From contig OZ251230.1 of NCBI GenBank assembly GCA_965240325.2, forward strand, positions 620,001-684,000: a stretch of DNA of 64,000 nucleotides. Direction: 5' to 3'. This stretch comes from Rebecca billardiae RCC1528. Lineage: Eukaryota; Protista; Haptophyta. The translations under genes and the position numbers were made by a program. The notes under the pieces were generated by a model. That model was not told the DNA's origin. It ran no database searches and was given only the letters and a program-made list of their open reading frames with translations. Positions 55,170 to 64,000 of the stretch are shown here, piece by piece. Numbering within the stretch: the stretch's first letter is position 1; each line of letters begins with the position of its first letter.

Positions 55170-56310
55170 GCGACGGCAATCGTCAAGGCCGACAAGGCGG
55201 TGCGGCGCGGGCGGCGCCGGGCGCGCTGCTCTGGTTGCCGACGATGAGCGGAGCAGCAGCGCAGCAGCCGCTGCTGCGCCGTGCGTGATCAGTGCATGGA
55301 ACTAGCGCTAAGTAGGCGCGCATGCCGGCTCGCTGCTTGCCTGCACACGGGCCGCCTGAGCTGCGCGAGCACGGGCCGCAGCGACGCAGCCGCTCAGCGG
55401 CAATCATCACGGCGGCGCGGCGCGGCGCCGGGCGCGCTGCTCTGGTTGCCGACGATGAGCGGAGCAGCAGCGCAGCTGCTGGTTCTGCGCCGTGCGCAAT
55501 CGGCGGATGAGCTACGCGTCAAGTGAGCGCGCATGCCGGCTCGCTGCTTGCCTGCACACGGGCCGCCTGAGCTGTGCGAGCACGGGCCGCAGCGACGCAG
55601 CCGCTCAGCGGCAATCATCACGGCAGCGCGGCGCGGCGCCGGGCGCGCTGCTCTGGTTGCCGACGATGAGCGGAGCAGCAGCGCAGCAGCTGGTTCTGCG
55701 CCGTGCGCGATCGGCGGATGAGCTACGCGCCAAGTGAGCGCGCAAGCCGGCTCGCTGCTAGCCTGCGCACGGGCCGCAGCTGTGTGAGCACGGGCCGCAG
55801 CGTCGCAGCCGCTCGGCGGCAACATCACGGCGGCGCGGCGCGGCGCCGGGCGCGCTGCTCCGGTTGCCGACGATGAGCGGAGCAGCAGCGCAGCAGCCGC
55901 TGCTGCGCCGTGCGTGATCGGTGCATGGAACTAGCGCTAAGTAGGCGCGCATGCCGGCTCGCTGCTTGCCTGCGTACGGGCCGCCTGAGCTGCGCGAGCA
56001 CGGGCCGCAGCGACGCAGCCGCGCGGCGGCAACATCACGGCGGCGCGGCGCGGCGCCGGGCGTGCTGCTCCGGTTGCCGACAATGAGCGGAGCAGCAGCG
56101 CAGCAGCCGCTGCTGCGCCATGCGTGATCGGTGCATGAAGCTAGCGCTAAGTAGGCGTGCATGCCGGCTCGCTGCTTGCCTGCGCACGGGCCGCCTGAGC
56201 TGCGCGAGCACTGGCCGCAGCATCGCAGCTGCGCACTGGCAATCGTCAAGTACTCAATCGAGGCGGGTGCACAGCTGGTTGCTCACGATGAGCAGAGCAG
56301 CCGCGCAGCT
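55170..56310 (+). repeat. ~210-bp satellite, left array (5 copies plus a degenerate inner copy)
   Basis: Marker GTTGCCGAC.ATGAGCGGAGC at ~55234, 55445, 55656, 55864 and 56074. Confidence 0.95.
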
Positions 56311-56994
56311 GCTGCCGCAATGGGTATGCTCGTTTGTTACCAGCTCAACAGAGTGGGCGACTCCTACTTGATGCCACTGCGCCTTTCCTGAACACTGGCT
56401 CTACTTGACAATCAACATCTCAATACATATGACCGGAGCAGTGATCAGATGACTACATGTGTCGTCGAGCAACCAAGAGCAGAGACAGCCTACAGACGGT
56501 ACCTTCGTAAGCCACCTGGTCAAAGTAAGCCGCAGCGCAAATGCGTATAGGCTACGTCCTGATTGCTGCTGTCGAGCAAGAAGACGACGCGGTCGATGCG
56601 CCACGTAGTCGAGTCTGCAACTGCCCAGAGGCAACGACGCGTCCGACTACCAGGTGGTTGTAGTACTCCGCGGTAGTCTGCCAAGTGGTCTTGACCGATC
56701 AGCGAATGGGCCGTTGTCGTACGCGTTCCTCCGTGCGTAGAGCACCGAGCGCGCACGGGAATGTACTGCCTTAGAGCATAACGGCTTGAGATGCATCAGC
56801 GCAGCTGCCAGCTGCTGCTACTTGCTTGGCTGATGATGACGATTGTCAGCAGCAATATCAGCTGCTGTGAGCCCTGGCCAGCATTCGCGTCACCCACGCG
56901 CGGCTGCGCCTGGCGGCACACTCTGCACATGGCACGTATATGCTCGACGGCAGCAAGCTAAGGCGCGCGGCTAACTCGGCGCTCGTTCCATGCC

Positions 56995-59600
56995 TCGATC
57001 GCATACCATACAAGGCCAGCAGATTCATCGTCTACTATCATCGGTGCACCCAGCGCCGCGCCGCGCCGCCTTGACGATTGCCGCAGCGTGGGTGTGCTGC
57101 TGCTGCACCTGCTCGCGCAGCTCAGGCGGCCCGTGCGCAGGCAGGCAGCGAGCCGGCATGCGTGCTCACACGGCGCGAAGCCCAACCTCCGATCACGCAT
57201 GGCGGAGCACCAGCAGCTGCGCTGCTGCTCCGCTCATCGTCGGCAACCGGAGCAGCGCGCCCGGCGCCGCGCCACGCCGCCTTGACGATTGCCGCTGAGC
57301 GGCTGCGTCGCTGCGGCCCGTGCTCGCACAGCTCAGGCGGCCCGTGTGCAGGCAAGCAGCGAGCCGGCATGCGCGCCTACTTAGCGCTAGTTCCATGCAC
57401 TGATCACGCACGGCGCAGCAGCGGCTGCTGCGCTGCTGCTCCGCTCATCGTCGGCAACCGGAGCAGCGCGCCCGGCGCCGCGCCGCGCCGCCGTGATGAT
57501 TGCCGCCGCGCGGCTGCGACGCTGCGGCCCGTGCTCGCACAGCTCAGACGGCCCGTGCGCAGGCAAGCAGCGAGCCGGCATGCGTGCTCACTCGGCGCGT
57601 AGCCCATCCACCGATCGCGCACGGCGCAGCACCAGCAGCTGCGCTGCTGCTCCGCTCATCGTCGGTAACCAGAGCAGCGCGCCGGGCGCCGCGCCGCGCC
57701 GCCGTGATGTTGCCGCCGCGCGGCTGCGTCGCTGCGGCCCGTGCTCGCACAGCTCAGACAGCCCGTGCGCAGGCAGGCAGCGAGCCGGCATGCGCGCCTA
57801 CTTAGCGCTAGTTCCATGCACCGATCACGCACGGCGCAGCACCAGCAGCTGCGCTGCTGCTCCGCTCATCGTCGGCAACCGGAGCAGCGCGCCCGGCGCC
57901 GCGCCGCGCCGCCGTGATGTTGCCGCCGCGCGGCTGCGTCGCTGCGGCCCGTGCTCGCACAGCTCAGGCGGCCCGTGCGCAGGCAAGCAGCGAGCCGGCA
58001 TGCGCGCTCACTTGGCGCGTAGCCCATCCGCCGTGCGCGCACGGAACAACACCAGCAGCTGCGCTGCTGCTCCGCTCATCGTCGGTAACCAGAGCAGCGC
58101 GCCGGGCGCCGCGCCGCGCCGCCGTGATGTTGCCGCCGCGCGGCTGCGTCGCTGCGGCCCGTGCTCGCACAGCTCAGACGGCCCGTGCGCAGGCAAGCAG
58201 CGAGCCGGCATGCGCGCCTACTTAGCGCTAGTTCCATGCACCGATCACGCACGGCGCAGCACCAGCAGCTGCGCTGCTGCTCCGTTCATCGTCGGCAACC
58301 GGAGCAGCGCGCCGGGCGCCGCGCCGCGCCGCCGTGATGTTGCCGCCGCGCGGCTGCGTCGCTGCGGCCCGTGCTCGCACAGCTCAGACGGCCCGTGCGC
58401 AGGCAGGCAGCGAGCCGGCATGCGCGCCTACTTAGCGCTAGTTCCATGCACCGATCACGCACGGCGCAGCACCAGCAGCTGCGCTGCTGCTCCGCTCATC
58501 GTCGGCAACCGGAGCAGCGCACCCGGCGCCGCGCCGCGCCGCCGTGATGTTGCCGCCGCGCGGCTGCGTCGCTGCGGCCCGTGCTCGCACAGCTCAGACG
58601 GCCCGTGCGCAGGCAAGCAGCGAGCCGGCATGCGCGCTCACTTGGCGCGTAGCTCATCCGCCGTGCGCGCACGGAACAACACCAGCAGCTGCGCTGCTGC
58701 TCCGCTCATCGTCGGTCACCAGAGCAGCGCGCCGGGCGCCGCGCCGCGCCGCCGTGATGTTGCCGCCGCGCGGCTGCGTCGCTGCGGCCCGTGCTCGCAC
58801 AGCTCAGACGGCCCGTGCGCAGGCAGGCAGCGAGCCGGCATGCGCGCCTACTTAGCGCTAGTTCCATGCACCGATCACGCATGGCGCAGCACCAGCAGCT
58901 GCGCTGCTGCTCCGTTCATCGTCGGCAACCGGAGCAGCGCGCCCGGCGCCGCGCCGCGCCGCCTTGACGATTGCCGCCGCGCGGCTGCGACGCTGCGGCC
59001 CGTGCTCGCACAGCTCAGACGGCCCGTGCGCAGGCAAGCAGCGAGCCGGCATGCGCGCTCACTCGGCGCGTAGCCCATCCGCCGTGCGCGCACGGAACAA
59101 CACCAGAAGCTGCGCTGCTGCTCCGCTCATCGTCGGTAACCGGCGCAGCGCGCCCGGCGCCGCGCCGCGCCGCCTTGACGATTGCCGCCGTGCGGCTACG
59201 TCGCTGCGGCCCGTGCTCGCACAGCTCAGGCGGCCCGTGCGCAGGCAAGCAGCGAGCCGGCATGCGTGCTCACTCGGCGCGCAGCTCATTCGCCGATCGC
59301 GCACGGTGCAGCAGCAGCTGCTGCGCTGCTGCTCCGCTCATCGTCGGCAACCAGAGCAGCGCGCCGCGCGCCGCCTTCTTGGCGGCGGCTGCGACGCTGC
59401 GGCCCATGCTCGCACAGCTCAGGCGGCCCGTGCGCAGGCAAGCAGCGAGCCGGCATGCGTGCTCACTTGGCGCGCAGCTCATCCACCGATCGCGCACGGC
59501 GCAGCACCAGCAGCTGTGCTGCTGCTCCGCTCATTGTCGGCAGCCAGAGCAGCGCGCCCGGCGCCGCGCTACGCCGCCTTGATGTTTCCGCCGCGCGGCT
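56995..59600 (-). repeat. ~210-bp satellite, right array (12 copies plus a degenerate inner copy), inverted relative to the left array
   Basis: Marker GCTCCG(C/T)TCAT(C/T)GTCGG roughly every 210-211 bp from ~57227 to ~59523 (last unit shorter). Confidence 0.95.
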
Positions 59601-60004
59601 GGGCGTGCTCGCACACCATAGGCGGCACGTGTGCTGGGTGGCGGAAAGCAGCAGTGCGTACACGCTTTGCATTAAGCGCATGCTCTGATTGCGCACTCAC
59701 GATTCACGTAGGCCGCGTTGTCCTTGTTCGAGCCCCTGCTCATTCGTTCAGGACTCGCCGCGCGATGTCGTCGCATGCTGCAAGCCCGCCGGATGCAGAC
59801 AAACACTGTGACAACGCGACGACGAGGACACGCCTGTCGTACTTTAACCTTGGCGAGCTCTCACAAGTGCCACTGTCGCGTGGGCATGCTGCCTCTTGAC
59901 GTCGGCTGTCACGAGCAGGCCGATATTGTACACAGAGAAGACGTACAAGGCCACTGTCGCGCGGCAGCATACGTACAGTATATCTTCGTCTTTCGAGGCT
60001 GATA

Positions 60005-60736
60005 GCGCGTCGCGCTCCGCCTTATGGCGGTCCGGTGTTTACGTTGGGCGGCTGCCTAGCTTGCCTGGGGCCGCCAGACGTCACGGGGGGCCGGGCGGCG
60101 AGACAGCGCCCGCCCCCACGCGGACGCTGACTCAAGCCGCACCCTGCCCCGGCGCGGCGATCCAACGCCGAGGGAGGGCGGGCGGGAGGCGGAGGAGCGC
60201 AGCTGGTTGTCCGTGCGGCTGCTCGGCGCCAAGCGTGGCCCGTCGGCTGGGTTTGGTAGTCGGGCGGCGGTCCGGTCGGCGGTCGGGCAGGGCGAGGTGC
60301 GCCGTGCGGTCGGGCGGGAAAGCGGACGGCTGCTGGGCGAAACTCGCTCCTGTTCGCCAAAGCCGGTCACTGCCCGTCAACTCCCGGCGCGCGCTCACTT
60401 TTCTGCGGTCCGCGCCAAAAGCGAGCTGCCACACGCTCGGAACGCTGTCCGGGGGCGCGCTGCGAGCTCCGAGCTCCGAGCCCGTCCGGGCGGGGGTGCG
60501 GTCGGAGGGGCGCTGGAGGAGGGTATCGGGCGGCGGCGAAGCGGCGCCGGCAGTCATAACGCGATAACCGCCGCAGACTGCCAAACCCGCCACTCCCGTC
60601 GCGTCGGCCATCGCCCCATAACCGCGCGCGTCGCGCTCCGCCTTATGGCGGTCCGGTGTTTACGTTGGGCGGCTGCCTAGCTTGCCTGGGGCCGCCAGAC
60701 GTCACGGGGGGCCGGGCGGCGAGACAGCGCCCGCCC
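60005..60736. repeat. 111-bp direct repeat pair (60005-60115 / 60626-60736), offset 621 bp
   Basis: GCGCGTCGCGCTCCGCCTTATGGCGG...GAGACAGCGCCCGCCC appears identical in both copies. Confidence 0.95.
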
Positions 60737-60854
60737 ACAGGGGCGCAGCGCCAGGCGCCACGCCGGCATGGGCGGCGTCGGCCGGCGCGGTCGAGGCCAG
60801 GCCCGGCCCCGACCCCCAGAGACGCTGCGCCCGGCCACGCCCCGACGCACGCCG

Positions 60855-61290
60855 TCAGCGCCAAGCGCGTGCCGTCGGGCGGGGCAGCTCCCGGGAAGTA
60901 CGTGCGGGGCGCAGGCCCCGCCCACCGCCCCGCAGCGGTGATCTCGGCCGCGGGAAGCCCCAGGAACGGCCAGCGTCGCCACGGCCGAGCGTCGAACCGA
61001 GTTGGCGCCAACACACGTTGTGGGAGCCCCAGCGCCCGACACTCATCGTGCAGCCACGCCAGATACGCCGCGCGAAAGCCTCGCACGCGCGCCAACCCGC
61101 CCGGTGTCGGCCGTCGACGGCGGGCAGCACCCCGAGCTCCGCGAAGCGACGTCCAGCCAGCGTGCGTAGCCCTGAATCGCCATGCGCCCCTTGGACCTTG
61201 GACGCGAAGGGCGAAGCGCCGAAGCCCGCTGTCCGGCTGTGGCAAACCGCCGGGCCGCCTGCGCTGTGGGAGCGATGGCGGCCGGTGGAA
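60855..61290 (-). pseudogene. Frameshifted C-terminal part of a tyrosine recombinase
   Basis: ANSVRRSAVATLAV (HSxRRGxAT-like) in one frame continues as GLPAAEITAAGRWAGPAPRTY (GRW...Y catalytic box) in another. Confidence 0.75.
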
Positions 61291-61367
61291 GCGGCGGGGA
61301 GTAGGCGACGCACGCCGCGCGAACGAGGACGGTCGCGCGGCACGCGAGCGACGGCGGACGCGCCGCG

Positions 61368-62150
61368 GATGATCGGCGCGCACGCATGACGATCGGCGCA
61401 TGATGATCGGCGCGCGCGCATGATCGGCGCATGATGATCGGCGCGCGCGCATGATGATCGGCGCGCGCGCATGATGATCGGCGCGCGCGCATGATGATCG
61501 GCGCATGATGATCGGCGCGGGCGCATGATCGGCGCATGATCGGCGCATGATGATCGGCGCGCGCGCGTGATCGGCGCATGATGATCGGCGCGGGCGCATG
61601 ATCGGCGCATGATCGGCGCGTGATGATCGGCGCGCGCGCATGATCGGCGCATGATCGGCGCATGATGATCGGCGCGGGCGCATGATCGGCGCATGATCGG
61701 CGCATGATCGGCGCATGATCGGCGCATGATCGGCGCATGATGATCGGCGCGCGCGCATGATCGGCGCATGATGATCGGCGCGGGCGCATGATCGGCGCAT
61801 GATCGGCGCATGATCGGCGCATGATGATCGGCGCGCGCGCATGATCGGCGCATGATGATCGGCGCGGGCGCATGATCGGCGCATGATCGGCGCATGATCG
61901 GCGCATGATCGGCGCATGATCGGCGCATGATGATCGGCGCGCGCGCATGATCGGCGCATGATGATCGGCGCGCGCGCATGATGATCGGCGCATGACGATC
62001 GGCGCGCGCGCATGATCGGCGCAAGATGACCGGCGCGCGCGCATGATGATCGGCGCGCGCGCATGATGATCGGCGTGCGCGCGTGATGATCGGCGCGCGC
62101 GCATGATGCTCGGCGCATGTTGACCGGCGCGCGCGCATGATGAGCGGCGC
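61368..62150. repeat. Variable-unit satellite (ATG)1-2ATCGGCGC(GCGCGC/GGGCGC)0-1, ~780 bp
   Basis: Read directly; degenerate at both edges. Confidence 0.97.
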
Positions 62151-62199
62151 GGACGGTGGCGCGCGGCGCCGCCACCCGCCGCCGCGGCGTCGAAGGCAG

Positions 62200-62540
62200 C
62201 AGCAGCGAACGCCGGCGAGCCGCGCGCGCACAAACTCGGGCTGCGCCAGCGAGGAACGGTGGTTGGGACGGAACCGCGACACGCGCGCGCCGCGGTAGAG
62301 CAGATCGACGCCGTCACGCAGCTCCACGGACAGGTCAACGCCGGTGAAGGCATGGATGACGGACGCCAGCGCCACGTAGTTGCGCTGCATGGCGTTGGGC
62401 ACGAGACTGTGTGCGAGGTCAGCGCGCAGGCCGGTGCGCGCGACCATCTCGGCGGAGGTGATGGGCGGGCGAGTCATAGCGAGCGGCGCGCCGCGGAACG
62501 CGGCGGGCACCGACAGGGGATCTCGTCGCGCGCCCACCGC
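62200..62540 (-). pseudogene. N-terminal stub of a DIRS/Ngaro reverse-transcriptase ORF
   Basis: ELRDGVDLLYRGARVSRFRPNHRSSLAQPEFVRARLA matches the G.L.Y.G.R....NH.S...P..V...L pattern that precedes the RT core in YR retroelements. It lies directly after gag. Confidence 0.65.
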
Positions 62541-62543
62541 CTC

Positions 62544-63962
62544 CTAGACGCGGCCCACGCCCGTGTGCTGCTGCACGTGCGCTGTCTCGGCGTGCGCGCC
62601 GGCCAAGTGGCCAAGGCTCCCGCACAGAGCGCACTTGGTGGCGTGCGCGAGCGTGAAGTTGTGCTGCATCTGCGCAGACGGTTGGCCGCCGGCCGACCGG
62701 TACGCGGCGAACAGCGGGCACGCCGCCGCGGAGCAGTCGCCGAATAGCTGGTGCCGTAGGCAGCCGTGCGCGCGGAAGACGCGGTGGTTGGCCTCCGAGA
62801 GCAGGGGCCGCCCGCTCGCGTCGCACACACCCCCGTACCGCGCCAGCTCGCGCGCCAGCGTCAGCGGCGGCACGCCCCCCGCAGAGGCGGCGCCCGGGAA
62901 CGGTTGCGGCAGCGTCCGCGGCGGCCCGCCTGGCGGCGGGGGCGGCGGGCCGGGAGGCGGCGCCTGCGGCCCCGGCGGGTACGGCGCCGGTGTGTACGGC
63001 GCCGGCCCGGGCGCCCAGGCCGAACCCGCCGGCGGCACGTACGTGAGCGCGAGCGGCGCGGGCCCGGGCTGCGCCCCCTGTACCGGCGGCGCCGGCGGGG
63101 CCGGCGCTGCCGCCTGCAGCCCCTGCGGGTACGGCGCCGGCGGGCACAGCGCCGGGCGGGGCGCCCAGGACGATCCTGCCGGGGGTGCGCACGTGAACGA
63201 GAGCGGCACGGGCCCGTGCGGCGCCACCTGCATCGGCGCCGACCACGACCAGCAGCCCCACTCCGCTGCGCCGGGCGCCGCCCCGCCAAAGCCGGGCGAC
63301 AGGTCCTGCACCATCAGCGACGGCGGCGGCGGCGGAATCGGCATGCTCCCACCGTAGACGCGCATCAGCGGGCGCATGGCAAACTTGTCATGGAAGGGGT
63401 TGTCGTTCTTGTAGCAGTCGAAGAACGGCTCCCGCCCGCCACCGATGCTCGCCACCAGCGCCGCCACGCCCGAGCGCGCGTCGAGCACCCGCCCGAGGCT
63501 CTCCGAGAATTCAGAGTGGAACTGTGCCGCCGCCCGCCAGTCGCGCGCCTCAGCGAGCTGCATCACGAAGCCCCTGTACTCGCGCAGCACCTCGGCGTCA
63601 CCCGCGCGCGTGCAGAAGCCCTCGGCCTGCTCGACGAGCAGTATGAAGTGGAGCTGGCTGAGGAGCTGGTAGGCCTCGCGCAGCTCGCCCTTCGTGTTGA
63701 AGTAGACGCTTCGATCGACCTGCGCGTGCGGCACCTCAGCCATGTTGAAGGACTCCCAGACGACCGAACCCGCCGCGTTCGCCGGCACGCCCAAGCCGCG
63801 CCGCATGGACGAAAACGCCCCGCGAGCCGGGAAGCTCGGCCTCCCCCCCCCGGTCCCACGGAGTTGGCCGCCCGCGCCGCCCGCGAGCGCGCAAGCGTTC
63901 GCGAACTCGTGCGCGGCCCCCGCAAGGAAGCCAGCCCCACCGAAGGGGACGGGATGCGGCAC
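62544..63962 (-). CDS. Gag-like ORF1 of the YR retrotransposon (probably begins upstream of the window)
   Basis: LREYRGFVMQLAEARDWRAAAQFHSEF (DIRS/Ngaro gag-like), a Pro-rich linker, C-terminal C..C..C..H, and a CALCGSLGHLAGAH zinc-knuckle-like motif. Confidence 0.72.
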   Translation of the reverse strand: MPHPVPFGGAGFLAGAAHEFANACALAGGAGGQLRGTGGGRPSFPARGAFSSMRRGLGVPANAAGSVVWESFNMAEVPHAQVDRSVYFNTKGELREAYQLLSQLHFILLVEQAEGFCTRAGDAEVLREYRGFVMQLAEARDWRAAAQFHSEFSESLGRVLDARSGVAALVASIGGGREPFFDCYKNDNPFHDKFAMRPLMRVYGGSMPIPPPPPSLMVQDLSPGFGGAAPGAAEWGCWSWSAPMQVAPHGPVPLSFTCAPPAGSSWAPRPALCPPAPYPQGLQAAAPAPPAPPVQGAQPGPAPLALTYVPPAGSAWAPGPAPYTPAPYPPGPQAPPPGPPPPPPGGPPRTLPQPFPGAASAGGVPPLTLARELARYGGVCDASGRPLLSEANHRVFRAHGCLRHQLFGDCSAAACPLFAAYRSAGGQPSAQMQHNFTLAHATKCALCGSLGHLAGAHAETAHVQQHTGVGRV

Positions 63963-64000
63963 GAGCGAGCTGGGCGGGGCGAGGGGCGCCGCCGCGTCCG

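Larger units (their letters stand above)
54853..59898. mobile_element. Foldback-like element 2: ~320-bp diverged outer inverted repeats, then inverted 210-bp arrays around a ~0.65-kb spacer
   Basis: TGTCTGCATCAGGCGGGCTTGCAGCATG (~54936) is inverted to CATGCTGCAAGCCCGCCGGATGCAGACA (~59774). GGCCTACGTGAATCGTGA is inverted to TCACGATTCACGTAGGCC. The two arrays are in opposite orientation. Confidence 0.8.
60005..64000 (-). mobile_element. Degenerate tyrosine-recombinase retrotransposon (Ngaro/PAT-type, split direct repeats); 5' end lies beyond the window
   Basis: Minus-strand order is gag, RT N-terminal stub, satellite, YR C-terminal stub, then B1 (60626-60736), A (60116-60625) and B2 (60005-60115). 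B1 and B2 are identical 111-bp direct repeats. Confidence 0.85.

Noticed and set aside
57493-59073. 526-aa ORF with 70-aa repeats
   Set aside because: It is a by-product of a 210-bp GC-rich unit. Neighbouring 211-bp units break the frame and the inverted array does not keep it.
55170-59600. Centromeric satellite, suggested by the nearby MIS12 gene
   Set aside because: The location of a kinetochore gene says nothing about centromere position, and the arrays are short and enclosed by inverted flanks.

Overview
This is very GC-rich eukaryotic nuclear DNA with short GTGCGC...GCGCAG introns and one GC-AG intron. A haptophyte alga such as Pavlovales/Diacronema is my best guess, by inference only. 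Positions 1-49.9 kb are a compact gene block with many head-to-head pairs. It contains a long repeat-containing orphan ORF running off the left end, an EEP/CCR4-like nuclease with an EF-hand-like insert, RMDN, peptidase C69, a START-domain protein, a PLOD-type glycosyltransferase, ERG28, a beta-lactamase-like serine hydrolase, TIM44, a Val-initiated Nei glycosylase with a SAP domain, ARM-BTB, an IQ coiled-coil protein, a sulfotransferase-like protein, PP2C, MIS12, a C2-histidine phosphatase, a 17-repeat Sel1-MYND protein with hypervariable positions, and a giant Ala-rich coiled coil. Positions 50-64 kb are a cluster of mobile elements. It holds a 1.7-kb TIR element with a target-site duplication and two adjacent Foldback-like elements whose inverted arms are built from ~145-bp and ~210-bp tandem arrays. 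It ends in a degenerate Ngaro/DIRS-type tyrosine-recombinase retrotransposon (gag, RT stub, YR stub, split direct repeats) whose RT/RNaseH core is replaced by an ATGATCGGCGC satellite. A diverged copy of that element's terminal repeat lies at ~29.9-30.2 kb. All calls come from reading the sequence and motifs by eye; no database searches were run.
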